A stretch of DNA of 64,000 nt from contig NC_092672.1 in assembly GCF_964355755.1 (NCBI RefSeq), positions 23,883,237-23,947,236 on the forward strand. The letters run 5' to 3'. This DNA comes from Antedon mediterranea. Its lineage: Eukaryota > Animalia > Echinodermata. A model generated the notes under the pieces. The model made no database searches. It was not told the DNA's origin and was given only the letters and a program-made list of their open reading frames with translations. Numbering within the stretch: position 1 is the stretch's first letter; every line of letters begins with the position of its first letter. This document shows, piece by piece, positions 39,316 to 52,772 of this stretch. The translations under genes were made by a program, and so were the position numbers.

Positions 39316-40304
39316 AAAGGGTAAGAACCTAAACATTAATACATTTTAATGTGATGAGAAGTTATATCATAAAACATAAAATATACAAATTTCATCACTC
39401 ATCAGTTCAGGTAGGCATTACAAATGGAAAAATGAATGGCCTTCTGCAATCAGTATTACTGTAACATAAAATTCAGGTATCAGAGGAATAAACCATGACA
39501 CAAAAGTGAACCCAAGAGGTTACCAAAACAATCACCAATGTGTGTGTAGGCCTACATGTTATTAACTTGTCTGTTTATTATAGTTGTAAATTACAGAAGA
39601 AAGACCCAGTAAAAGAGCAGCAGGAGCATCATCATCCTCTGATGATGAAAGAGGTAACCATAAGATGTTTATTTAAATATTAGTCTAAACTTTAAAAATG
39701 TTCTAGTGTTGGTTACTATAATAACTATTATATAATGTATATTCAGAACAGGAAAATGTTAATTTATTTTCATTCTTCATTAAAATACATAATATCTTGT
39801 AAAACCAAACAATTTTAAAAGACAAAAAAGCAATAAAAATATTGCTTGCTTATCAACCTTACGCATCCAGAACAAAAAGTTCTTAGAAGAGCAATATTGC
39901 AGTTACGTAATGAAAAAATAACCGAAATGATCCAAACTAAAAGAAACGAACTAGAATCAATCTATGAAATTAGAACACATGGCTCACTGATTTGATCCAA
40001 AGCCCGTTGGATAGAAGAAGGAGAAAAAAGCACGAAATATTTTCTTAATTTAGAGAGGAGGAATTATAATAAAAAGCATATAACTAAAATTACAACAGAT
40101 AATGGAGACATAACTAACCCCGACGATATAATAAATGAAGAAAAACGATTCTATGAATCATTATATAGTTTTGAAGGCGAAAATAACAATGTCAACCCTG
40201 CTGATATTTTTGACAAGATACACATAGATAAAATCAATAAAGATGATGAATCTATATGTGACCAGCCCCTTAGAGATACAGAATGTTTAGAAGCATTAAA
40301 GGCG

Positions 40305-41708
40305 ATGGATAACAATAAAACCCCTGGGACAGATGGTTTTCCTGCCGAGTTTTATAAACTATTTTGGAATGATATAAAAGATACGCTAATTAACGCTTAC
40401 CATTATTCTTTCCAATCCGGGTTTTTAAGTATCTCCCAGAAACGAGGGGTGATATCACTTATACCGAAAAAAGATAAATCTCCGCTATTATTGAAAAACT
40501 GGCGTCCCATCTCGCTTTTAAATGTGGATTATAAAATTTTAGCAAAAGCCATTGCGACTCGTTTAAAATGTGTGCTGCCATCAGTAATTAATCCTGATCA
40601 AACGGGCTTTCTTAAAGGCAGATATATTGGAGAAAACATAAGATTAGTCTATGATGTAATAGAATATGCAGAAATGCACAACAAGCCAAACTTACTATTT
40701 TTTGTAGATTTCGATAAGGCTTTCGATAAGGTGAAATGGGACTTCCTTGATATGTCTCTTAAGAGATTTGGCTTTGGTAAAAATATGATAAAATGGATAA
40801 AAATATTATATAAAGACATTGTTAGTTGCGTTATAAATAACGGGGTAACATCAACATTCTTCAATTTAAAACGAGGCCTGCGTCAAGGATGTCCCTTATC
40901 CCCATATCTTTTTATAATTTGTGCAGAAACACTAGGTAACATGGTACGTCAATCAGACACATTTAAAGGTATAGAGTACAATAATGTAGACATAAGAATT
41001 AGCCAATTTGCAGATGACACTGTGTTTTTTCTCAAAGACCAACACTCAATTAAACCGATTATAGATATACTGGAGGAATTTTCTATATATTCTGGACTCA
41101 GAATTAATTATGAAAAAAGTAACATTATGAGAATAGGATCGTTAAGAAACTGCGACTATAAAACGCCATCTGAGAAAAGTATTTCATGGACTAAAGGCCC
41201 AGTAAAATACTTGGGTGTTAATATTTCTTGTAATTTTAATGATATTTTCAGACTCAATTTTCCAGATAAGGCTAAAAATGCTGAACAAGTATTAAATATG
41301 TTGAAACAACGCTCACTTACTTTGTTTGGAAAAGCAACTATTATTAAGTCACTGTTTCTCCCGATATTCACGTATGTTTTCTCAAATTTACCAGACCCAC
41401 CTGAATGTTTCTTTCAAGATATTCAAAGTAAAATTTTTAAATTTATATGGAACGGAAAACCCGATAAAGTCAAAAGAAAAGTCATGCTTAACAATTTTGA
41501 CGAAGGAGGGTTAAAAATTCCCCATATTAAGAGTTACTGTACATCTCTCAAATCATGTTGGGTGAAAAGATATCTTGATGGAAATCAATCCAAGTGGAAA
41601 GTGTTTTTAAAAAGTAAGATTAAAGAGGTTGGAGGAAATATTGTTTTCGAAACCAACTTTTCTAAATCTTCAAAAATATTAAAACAATTTGAAAGGTTCC
41701 ATAAATAG
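40305..41708 (+). CDS. LINE ORF2 reverse transcriptase domain (open segment, 467 aa, stopped by the inserted element)
   Basis: PGTDGF, NWRPISLLNVDYKI, DFDKAFD, GLRQGCPLSP, QFADD, KYLG. Confidence 0.9.
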   Translation: MDNNKTPGTDGFPAEFYKLFWNDIKDTLINAYHYSFQSGFLSISQKRGVISLIPKKDKSPLLLKNWRPISLLNVDYKILAKAIATRLKCVLPSVINPDQTGFLKGRYIGENIRLVYDVIEYAEMHNKPNLLFFVDFDKAFDKVKWDFLDMSLKRFGFGKNMIKWIKILYKDIVSCVINNGVTSTFFNLKRGLRQGCPLSPYLFIICAETLGNMVRQSDTFKGIEYNNVDIRISQFADDTVFFLKDQHSIKPIIDILEEFSIYSGLRINYEKSNIMRIGSLRNCDYKTPSEKSISWTKGPVKYLGVNISCNFNDIFRLNFPDKAKNAEQVLNMLKQRSLTLFGKATIIKSLFLPIFTYVFSNLPDPPECFFQDIQSKIFKFIWNGKPDKVKRKVMLNNFDEGGLKIPHIKSYCTSLKSCWVKRYLDGNQSKWKVFLKSKIKEVGGNIVFETNFSKSSKILKQFERFHK

Positions 41709-41713
41709 TCCAG

Positions 41714-42728
41714 TCACCAATCACACTTAAGTGAGATATTTCCCTTAAATCCTAAGGATTTCCCTTAAATCAAGAAAATATTAAGGGTTTCACTTAAGTG
41801 GTATTCACAAAGGGTTTAGGTTAAGGGAAACCCTTAACTTGGTATATTTTCCCCTTAACTTTTAAGGGACCTCAGAGGTCCCTTAAAAGTTCCCTTAACT
41901 ATTCAGTACCTTGGTTGTGCTGACGATTCTGTATGTGCGAGTACTATGCCTACTTGTAGATGGCCCCAGTCTAGGCTAGGTAGAGATGCTAGGCCCCCTG
42001 TTGGTCTGCCCACTAACCAGCCTAGGATTCATGTTTGGTTTGAGTAGCATCTAGACCTTTTTTTGCTGATCCCCACCCATACAAATTAGTCTATGCCTAT
42101 ATATACATTTATTTGTTTTGTTTTGACTGCCATTATTTTTGTGGAAGATGGCTTCCCATTTCGTTGTAATAGAAATTAGCCCCATTCTAGTAGGCTAGGT
42201 AGAGATGCTAGGCCCCCTGTTGGTCTGCCCAGTAACCAGCCTAGGATGCATATGCCTCAATACAGACAGGTTTAGGCCTACACAGAATGTTGGTTTGTTA
42301 GTAGCATCTAGGCTAGACCAATTTTTCTTGATCCTCATACAAATTAGTCTAGGTTTAATATTCATTTACTTGTTTTTGTTTTGACTGCCATTTTCTTTTT
42401 ATTGATCGTCCATACCCTTTTCTCTTCATCCTCCCCGTCCCCCAACCCCTTACTCTTTTTTTAAATATGCAAATTCGTTTTAGAGAGGAAAAGTGATTGG
42501 ACCATAGGGGAATTAAATCCTCTGTGATTGGACAATGGGACAACTCATGAATATTTATGATTATTTTTACCCTTAAGTTTTACCCTTAAATTAAGTGTTT
42601 TCCTTAGGTAAGTGAATCCCTTAACTCATTTGTGAATACCCCTTAAGTGTTTCCCTTTGTTAAGGGAATTCTTAAATTTTAAGGGTAAGTATTTCCCTTA
42701 GCCTAAGTGAGATTGGTGAATACGGCCA
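41714..42728. mobile_element. PIF/Harbinger-like MITE inserted 8 bp inside the foldback's left end
   Basis: IR tcaccaatc(a/t)cactta...taagtgagattggtgaatacggcc; flanking CAG duplication; many CCCTTAA sub-terminal repeats; left TIR clipped. Confidence 0.7.
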
Positions 42729-45045
42729 CAGGAGCTTATGTCGAAAAAAAGGCACTTGTAGGCTTTTGATGTTAATTGTCGGCACCAACGTTTTTCTGAC
42801 TCAGAATTTTTCGCTGAACAAGAAAAACTTTGGTGACATTTTTTTCGACCATGGCAAGTGGCCGCCATTTTGATTTTCAAGATGGCGGACTAACTTTAAC
42901 AAAACTGATCATGTGTGGAATCATTGGAAAGGGAATTAAATACTGATCATTTATTTCCATTACACCCATACCCCAAAATGCATAGCAACAGAGATAATCG
43001 CAATTACATTATGTCATGTGACCAAAATGAGGTCGAAGGTCAAATTTCGACAACTTATAAATACCATTGTGTTTGGTATCAACGGAAAGCTTTTTTTATA
43101 CTTAGTACAGCTGTACATATAGTTTTTACATTCATCACACCATTTTCTAGAAAGTTTAAATTTTGTATATAAATAATATAGCTATACACCTTATTTCAAG
43201 TTTAAAATAAGTTAGTTTATTACTGTAACAATGTGTTAAAGCCCTACGACCTAAGTGTTTTCGACCTAATTTAAGGTCACAAACTACATTTTATGTAAAA
43301 ATAAATACTATATGATCCTTTTTTCGTCTTTAAACTGTTCTAAATGTGAAAAATAAGTTGATTCTAATAATAATAATTTAATCGGCCCGCTAAATCCCAC
43401 AAGGCATTGATATTTTCGTGTTGATATGGATGCACGGCCAGTTTCGGTCGGTGATCGTGAAAACAAATAAGAGAACCATAACTTTTTGGCGAAAATACCA
43501 GGTCTGCCCCAATTTGTATTAAAGGATTCTGCCAAAAAAGGAAAGAAAATTATTTCAGCAATGAGACAACGTCATGATAAGCATATAGCAAGCGTACGAT
43601 GTTCGTACGTTACCGTTATCTTTTAATCTTAATTAACCTTAGAACGTACATTTAAGACAAGACATGACCTGGTTTATTGTTTTTACAATTATATATATAC
43701 ATTATTTTTACAAAACGACAACAATTGCAGGTTTTGGGGATTTAACATACAAAATGACTATCAGATGTATTGTATAAATGAAGCCTATACAGTATGCCAC
43801 CATGTATAGTCAGGGGCGGACACAGGGTGTTGCAACACCCTTAATTTTATACTAAATGTTTTTTGCTAATAAATTAAAATTTAGATCCCATTTCATCATA
43901 TATAAGAGCCTATATGAAAATTGACAGACCGCAGCGTACAATTGACCAGCAGTCAACAATACCGCGCACATATTATGTAGATAATTATGTTTGTGAACAT
44001 GCTCAGAATGAATTTCTGACTGTTTAGTAGAATGCTTGTGCATCATGCGAAGGTACTGTATATCTTCATTTCCCATGCCCGTAATATTGGACCAAAATTT
44101 TGTAATAATTATGGACGTTCCGAACTTTGAAATAACAGTGTTAAAATTGCTTCTTTCTGCAAATTTCGATTTTTTCTTTTCTGGAGTGTGGTTTAAGTAA
44201 CACTGTTGTACAGTTTATAGTAGATAAATGAAATTTATTTTTGGAAATTGTGTTTTTACTGACTTATTTAGCATTTATTTCAAAATATTTTTTATCTAAC
44301 TTGTTTTATCCTATAGTCGCGTAGTGTGTGTTACCGGCGGAAAAAATATGTGGTATACGATCAGTATTGCTGTTTGCTACTGTAGCCCGATATCGAGTGT
44401 CATTTCCGGCGGTGAACTAGAGCTGCCATTTATCGTGAATTTTACATGTGAGAGTACCATGCTAGGGGTGTCATTTAACCATGGGGGCCTGTTGCGCATA
44501 TGCTCAGTACCGACAGCCCTGGATTCTTGGGCAACCCTATTCAAATGGTCCTGCTACCGCCCCTAATAGTACTTCAGAACTACCAGTGGATATATAAAAT
44601 ATACCAAGATAATAACATTATCTTTCAATTCAAGATAATAACATTTCCATATCTGACGTGACCATGTCCAAACTGACATTCAATATTGTGTATTGGGTAC
44701 ACTTAGCTAACCTAGTCAAATTTCAACATCGCTTTCCTCTGAATCAGAGGCGGTAGATGGGTCAGTGTTTTCACATATTAATTTAATTTTGTTAAACTAT
44801 ATCGGGCTACAGTAGCAAACAGCAATACTGATCGTATACCGCATATTTTTTTCTGCCGGTAACACACACTACGCGACTATGGAATAAAAACAAGTTAGAT
44901 AAAAATATTTTGGAAAAAAATGCTAAATAAGTCAATAAAACCACAATTTCCAAAAATAAATTTCATTTATCCCCTATAAACTGTACAACAGTGTTGCTTA
45001 AACCACACTCCAGGAAAAAAAATATTTGCAGAAAAAAGCAATTTT

Positions 45046-45420
45046 ATTTTATTTATTTTATTTCACATCCAAACAGCGAAAAATCGCCAATTACAGGATG
45101 CATTAAAACTCTTTAGATATAAATATAGAATTAAAAGCACATAAAAATACAAAACATGAAACATACAAAATGGCAAACTTAAATCGATTTAAGAATTTTA
45201 GACCTAAATTTAGACAAAGTGTCAAAAAAATATCGATAGTTTTATCCTTATAGAAATTGAATTAAAAAGCTTGGATAATCTTTGAACCATTTTTGGTTAC
45301 GTTGACTCGACAACAGGCAAGAGAAAATAAGTCGGTGTTGCGAGAGTTTGGTCGACTAATTTTGAGAGAAAAAAATAATAAAATATTGCATTTAAAAAGG
45401 GAGTTGAAGCATTAACACTG
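45046..45420 (-). mobile_element. Retroposon 3' fragment inserted in the right arm of the foldback
   Basis: Absent from the left arm; (TAAAA)n-type tail on the minus strand. Confidence 0.55.
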
Positions 45421-48400
45421 TTTAACACTGTTATTTCAAAGTTGGGAACGTCCATAATTATTACGGAATTTTGGCCCAATATTACGGACATGGGAAATGA
45501 AGATATACCTTCGCATGATGCACAAGCAATCTAAACAGTCAGAAATTCATTCTGAGCATGTTCACAAACATAATTATCTACATATATATCTGTGCGCGGT
45601 ATTGTTGACTGCTGGTTAATTGTACGCTGCGGTCTGTCAATTTACATATAAAAAGTTTATGGTTCTCTTATTTGTTTTCATGATGGCCGACCGAAACTGG
45701 TCGTGCATCCATATCAACATGAAAATATCAATCCTCGCACGATGCCTTGTGGGATTTACATCGGGCCGATTAAATTATTAGAATCAACATATTTTTCACA
45801 TTTTGAACAGTTTAAAAACGATAAAAGTTATCGAAATAGGATCATATAGTATTTATTTTTACATAAAATGTAGTTTGTGACCTTAAATTAGGTCGAAAAA
45901 ACATAGGTTGTAAGACTTAACATATCGTTACAGTAATAAACTCACTTATTTTAAACTTGAAATAAGTTGTTAGCTATATTATTTATAGACAAAATTTAAA
46001 ATTTCTAGAAAATGGTGTGATGAATGTAAAAACTATATGTACAGCTGTACTAAGTATAAAAAAAGCTTTCCGTCGATACCAAACACAATGGTATTCATAA
46101 GTGGTCAAAATTTGACCTTTGACCTCATTTTGATGACATGACATAATGTAATTGCGATTATCTTTGTTGCTATGGATTTTGGGATATGGGTGTAATGGCA
46201 ATAAATGATCAGTATTTCCAATGATACCACACATGATCAGTTTTGTTAAAGTTAGTCCGCCATCTTGAAAATCAAAATGGCGGCCACTTGCCATGGTCGA
46301 AAAAAATGGCACCAAAGTTTTTCTTGTTCAGAGGAAAATTCTGAGTCAGAAAAACGTTGGTGCCGACAATTAACATCAAAAGCCTACAAAATGACATAAG
46401 TCCCTGGACTAAAAGATATACTCTCTGCGTGGAGTGAATACAATTTTGTAGAACCATATACGATAGAGGACATCTTAAATCAATCTTTATGGAACAACTC
46501 ATGTTTTGATAAAAAAGAATTTAAAGTTGAAAAAAATTGGTTGGTTAAAAATGTAAACTATGTAAAAGATATCGTGAACAAAGAAGGGAAAATATTAGAA
46601 CTAGACGAATTTAACCAAAAATATAATTTTAAACCAGACTTCTTATTATATCACCAGATTGTAAATTCAATTCCAAAGCTCTGGAAACAGAAATTAATTG
46701 AACAAGTTATAAACACAACTAATGAAGTTGAATCCAAATTACAGACATTCATTTCTGTGAAAACGAGAAATTGTCCTTATATCTATAAACACATTATATT
46801 AAAAAATGTTGAAGAGCCAATAGGAATTGAATCCAAATGGGAAAAGGAGTTTGACAACAACTTAATTGGAAAAACCTTTTCTCAAATTTACACGCCTGTA
46901 CAAATGACACTAAGCTAAAAAATGTTCAATTTAAATTTATTCATCGTATAATTTATACAAATACAATGCTCTTTAAGATGTCAAAGGTCGATTCACCAAT
47001 ATGTAGTTTTTGCAAAGAAAAGCAGGAAACACTGCTACATATGTTCTTTGAATGTGATCTGGTAAAGAAAATTTGGGAAAATGTAAAACAATATATGTAT
47101 CGAAATATCAACAATAACTTAATTATCACCAAAGAAAGTATATGTTTTGGTTTTGGAAAAACACACAGTGATGCAAACATTTTAATTTTAATTACAAAGT
47201 GGTACATATTTAGTTGCAAAATCAAAAAACAATTACTTAATTATAATCATTTATTTCACATTTACCAAAAATACAAGGCAACCATATTATTAACAAAATG
47301 ATTATTATTAAGTGTATTTTTGCGATACATTATTTTTTTTTCTTTAATTTCATTACTTTCTTTTTTTTTTAGAGAGTATTATATCGTTTTAATAGTTACG
47401 TTGCCTTTATATATTAATTTTGTATTATGTATGTGATGAAATGAAATAAAAAAAAAAAAAAAAAAAAAAAGAACAAAAAGTTAAAATGATAATTAAATAT
47501 ACAATTTCAAGTATCAATAAATCAAACACACATTTAAGAGAATATTAGTGTAACATTTAATTATTTATTCATTCATTTTTTATTTACAGGAAAGAGTCTG
47601 CTGCAAAAAATTTCTAATATCAAAAAAAAATTTAATACAAAGCAATCAACAAAACCCAAAAAAACAAAACCTGTGGATGTAAGAGTACAAATGGGCTGGT
47701 TGCATTTCAACATAAAAGGAATATACACAAGTAAGAGCAATCAAAGGGGGAGGAACTACAACCGTACGCACCAACAGATATTCAACGATTCAAGAAATGA
47801 TTGAGTTGGGTACAAACATGTTCTTTCAAAATGGAAATTCCATATTTGGAAAACTTGATCAAATGTCCGTCCATTTAGCAGATTATCGTGCGAATGTTAT
47901 AGATACAGAAGATTGGAGGCTAGATAACATTTTGGAAGCAGGTGTAAAAGTACGCCTGTATCTCTGTTCTAAACTTATAAAGGTAAGAATCATAATTATG
48001 TGTATGATCTATTTGTATACAATATTCCCTTGCCTTCCCATACAATGTATTCTTCCACCTGGCAAGTTGATACATGTGTGTGCTTTTATCAGCATAATAT
48101 ATATTATTATTATGACTTTTTTGTTTTAATTTAGTTTTTTGGATATTTTATTTGTATTCATTATGTCCAGCTACTGATACCCACAGCATTGTCATTTTTT
48201 TCAGTAATTTGCCTTTGGAATAATTAATAAAAAAATAAATAAATATAATATATATAAATAAACACATGTTATATATATTATATAATAAAGCTAAATCAAA
48301 ACGATAAAGTAAAACAGCCAGAACGAAATTGCAGAGATTGGTAAGAACACTACCTTTTCTCAGTGCGAAATATATATCTATTTAAACATTTTAATAGCAT

Positions 48401-51173
48401 ACAATATTATAGTTTTCAGTTATTTTGCATACATTTTTATGCTTAACCTTTAAGGTTGAAACATCCGATGCAGCTGCAGTGACAGTAGCGAACTGCCCGA
48501 TCCAGGATTATTAGGTAATTTTTTTAATTCATTTCATATGATACAAAAACAAAAAATATTATAATACATGTGTGTACTTTTTTTCCAAAATAATAGCAGG
48601 GGTACAGTTTGAAACATTGAATAGCACGATGTTTGTTTTCTTCTTGTTTTGTATTAGATATTTTATGCAGTATCTATATATATAAACCGATATCTTTGTT
48701 TTCAGAATGCAGCAATGATATAGTACAATAATTTGATTTGGGACATTCATTTACAAATTGTTAAAATGAACAGTATAAGTATAAAAGTCGCACATAAAAA
48801 ATCGCAAATGGAAAAAAATATCAAGGTTTCCAAAACTGACTCATTTGATGGAGAGTCATTTGACTGTCTCAGGGTTATCTTTCTTATTTGTCTGGTGGGA
48901 CGTACTTTATGCTATGTATCATTGTGAAATAGAAATCTTTTGATACATTGTCAAAAATGAACCAATAATTACTTTTAATTAAATTGAAGCTAACTATTAC
49001 TGTAGTTAAATCCTAATATTTAATTAAAAGATGCAGGAACTGTGTTTCTACTTATTTCCATAAAATGTTGCTTATCTGCATATGCATTTTATATATCTTC
49101 CTGTAGCCGGACCATCAAGTTCTTTCTCCACTCCAGAATCTCTACAACCGCTTGAAACTCGTACTCCAGAATCTCCACAACCGCTTGAAACTCGTACTCC
49201 ACAACCTCTTGAAACTTGCAAGCCACAACCTCTTGAAACTCAACCAGCCGGAACACCAACAGTATGTATTTTCATTTAAATTGAGTTTTTTAGCATGTCA
49301 CTATTTAAGCCATGACATATTTGGTTGTGATAATTTGATTTGATGTTAAAGGTAAAACTTTATTGTAAATTTATTGTTTTATCTTGATAATACAGTATCA
49401 ATAAGAAATTTTTCTTACAAAAAACGCAGCTTGAATATTTACAGCATTACACATAAGTAATATAAAAAATTAATTACAACATGACATTTGACTTACCAAA
49501 AAACTAAACTCCTCTTTTAACACTAATTAATACTGTTATAAGGCAAATTTATTTTGCATTATTTAATATTATTAAAAACATAATGCAAATGAAAAGTGTG
49601 GATCACCAACCAAAACTAAGAAAAGTATAGGTCTAGGCCTTACATGTAGTCTGGTAAAAAATCACCTGCACCATAGTATAAAAATGTACCCAAATAATAT
49701 AATATAATATCATCTTTAGGTCCTATGTATATTGTTATAACATTTCTTATTGCTAAGTGTTTACCCAGGCCATGGACCTACCTATAAAATGCATTATTAT
49801 TGAATTTAAAAAAAAAGTATTACATGTTTTACATTAATCCACGCTAATATTGCAATCTTTATATAACCATATATCTGCTAAGCAAAGAAACTCTTATATG
49901 AATTTCAACATTATTTAGAAATATCAGTTTAAAAACTAAACTACGAAAGAGAAACATATATACTGTATTTTACTTAACTATAGTGAAGTGCACACTCTTT
50001 CAGATAGACTCTCTATTCCCATATGCACATCCAAATACTCCTTTTTTTTAGCCTTAGTAAACTATAAGCTACCGCATTGTAACTGTTTCCTAATGCTTTC
50101 ATTCTCATGAATATAACTGCCTAAAGAAGCGGCACAAAAATACATTCTACAAAACGTTTTTTTTCAGTATATTCTATTTTGAATACCTCATTGGCAAGGT
50201 ATATTCTATGCATTTGGTAAAAGATATTTCAAATTTTACCAAAATGGTTTAAATCATTAAACGACACTATTAAAGGCTATGTTGTTTATTTAATTTTGTG
50301 TTTTTTTTTACATTTTAACCAGCTCTAAATTTTTTTCGTTTTACTTAAGATATGAAACTTTTATTTCATTTATACAGGTTATTTTCAAGACATCTCCTGA
50401 GGACTTATGTGGCATATGCTGTGATAGGCAAAAAAGTTGTTTTTTTTATTACATGTGGACATACAATTTGTTTGCCATGCGCAACATACTTTGAGGAAAC
50501 TAACACCAAGGAATGTCCTTTTTGTAAACAAGTAATTACTACTGTTCGCCACTTGTACTGAAAGTACATATGAATATCTGGTTGGTGTTTTTTTTAAACT
50601 GTTTTTATTTTTTTATTTATTACAATAATGTTCTTAAGGTTTATTTTAACAGAATATATTATTCATACCTCGTTTTATTTTAATTGGTGTTATGCTCAAC
50701 GAATAATTATATGGTTATTATAGTCAATATAATTGATAAATAGAAACCTGTTATATACGGTACAATACTAAAAAGGAATGTTTTTTTTTAAATAGTTTAA
50801 AAATTGTTTAAATCAGATTGTAATTATATTTACTAATATTGGTAATTTTGGTGATGAGAGCTTAAACTAATTTTAGAATTAAATATCTTAATAAAAAGTA
50901 CATCAATCACTGATAATAAATAATTAAAAAAATTGAAAAAAACATTAACAATGAGTGTTATGTTGTTATTTCATGTTTAAAAAAATGTATAATACATTCC
51001 ATATAATTGGAGATAAAAACTGCCACTTTCTGACCAGATTGCTAAATATTCGTATAGTATGACAATATTCGCCCAACAGCTACCGAGATATAAAATGTGC
51101 TCTGAGTCAACAATATTTGTACCTGTTATATGTCAAAGTTCAAAATAATAATATTATTGTCATTGTATTGATT

Positions 51174-52049
51174 TTTAGTCGCGTGGAAGCGACTCTATAG
51201 TTCACTATGTCGGTCGGTCGGTCTGTCTGTCTGTCTGTCTGTCTGTCGGTCTGTCTGTCGGTCTGTCTGTCGGTCTGTCTGTCGGTCTGTCTGTCTGTCT
51301 GTCTGTCGGTCCGGTATCACTATGCGTTTTATCGCTTTCTGACCTTATCTTGATATCAGTTTAATCTAGCTAAGTCAATTTTTCACAGTATATTCCTTAT
51401 GGCCAGGAATCAATGTGGTTATGTTTTCACGGTGCGCAATAAAAAATTACGCGGTCTACGCACGATTTAACGAAATCACGTTTGTAATCATATCTTCACA
51501 ACCATGAATCACAATTAAATAAAATTTGGTACTCATAAATTTCAGGGCATAAATCATCATATGGCAATACAATTACGTGCGTAGCGCATGTAACGCATGC
51601 GTACGCGCGCTTAAAATTTTCAAAATTTATTTTCGATGAAATAAGAGTACATTTCAGGCAATTTTAAGCGTTTACAAAATTGCCATGAGTGCGCATATTT
51701 TTGCGCGCGCACTGCGCGTTAAATGTTATTGCGCACTCTTTTTGCCCGATTTCTGTTTTCTTGACTTACTTTTCAACTCAAAATTACGTTATACGAGCAC
51801 GTCGAAAGTGACAGGCTACGCCCGTGTAAATTTAAAAAAAATAAATGTTTTTAAACATTTCAACATTTTTAAACATGTTCAGTAATTTCGGTCAGTATAG
51901 TTCACTATGTCGGTCGGTCTCTCTGTCTGTCTGTCTGTCGGTCTGTCGGTCTGTCGGTCTGTCTGTCGGTCTGTCGGTCTGTCGGTCTGTCTGTCGGTCC
52001 GGTATCACTATGCATTGTAGCACGCGACTTAATGGCTCTTGGCCTTGTT
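51174..52049 (+). mobile_element. Helentron-associated non-autonomous element (HINE/DINE-1-like)
   Basis: tttttAGTCGCGTG start, duplicated core tatagttcactatgtcgg-(GTCT/GTCG)n-ccggtatcactatgc, 3' CACGCGACT plus short hairpin, TT target. Confidence 0.8.
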
Positions 52050-52772
52050 ATTGTATCAAAGCAATATAAACTAATTCTTTAAGAGTAATTTATGATCAAA
52101 ATATCACATTCATGACCAGTGGTTGCTGAGATCACATGACAATTTTCTTGACAAGTGGTCAAAAAGAGGTTTAAGGTCACTTTGGAAAAAGATGTTCATT
52201 AAAATGAATAGAAATATAGGTCTTATGAGTATGTTGAAAACAACTTTTTTTCAGTACACTCAGTAGTTCTGCAACCATGTTAACATTTGGACCGGTCTGT
52301 ACTGACCAAGCATTCCCAATGTTTTTTTCAGCCAACAGCAAAAAAATTGATTTATATTGATATTAAGGAAGCAAAAAAAACCATGTGAATAATAGTTATT
52401 GATGTTATTTATGCTAGATGATGCAGGTAAACCCTTTCTGGCTCCCCAAGTGTGTAAATTCATTTCACCATTGTTATGCTCTCCCTTCCTTATATTATAA
52501 TCCTGGATTTTGAAATAACAGACAGACCGCGGACCAAGAAAAATTTGTAGGCAAAATTCAAAGAACAATGTGTTGATAATCCTAAGCAATTGCCTTAATA
52601 AAAACATAAACGACATCAACGTGGGGGTAAGAAAAATAATGGTCAGAATTCTTCCGGTAATAACACTATAAATAGATTAACAAAACCTAGATTTTATGAA
52701 ATAGAAAAATATTTAACTCAATAATAAAGTAGAACTACTTGGTATATCTGAAACATTTTTTAATGATAATAA

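Larger units (their letters stand above)
41706..46411. mobile_element. Non-autonomous foldback DNA transposon (Academ-like) with ~1.6-kb inverted arms
   Basis: Ends TAGTCCAG.../...CTGGACTA, 3-bp TSD AAA (41703-41705, 46412-46414); arm ~42729-44391 is the reverse complement of ~44800-46411. Confidence 0.85.
39882..47469 (+). mobile_element. 5'-truncated Tx1/L1 LINE (ORF2 RT), split by a 4.7-kb insertion
   Basis: 13-bp TSD AGAACAAAAAGTT (39869-39881, 47470-47482); poly(A) ~47446-47469; RT motifs in 40305-41705; reading resumes FHK|DILSAW at 46415; CSFC..ETLLHMFFEC. Confidence 0.95.
38536..50561 (+). pseudogene. Spliced gene: PB1/ubiquitin-like N-terminus, GW..Y.QVR..GGGT domain, Pro/Thr repeats, C-terminal RING-HC (putative E3 ligase); 1-nt frameshifts
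   Basis: Exons 38536-38646, 39199-39320, ~39590-39653, 47590-47982, ~48455-48513, 49107-49261, 50378-50561; FLQIFDDEFEEWVDI; CGICCDRQKSCFF/ITCGHTICLPC...CPFC; frameshifts in A4 (~47715) and T8 (~50445) runs; phases of the two small exons unresolved. Confidence 0.6.

Noticed and set aside
42915-46315. Paired ORFs 42915-43172 (+) and 45983-46315 (-) with similar peptides
   Set aside because: Mirror products of the foldback arms; no domain signature
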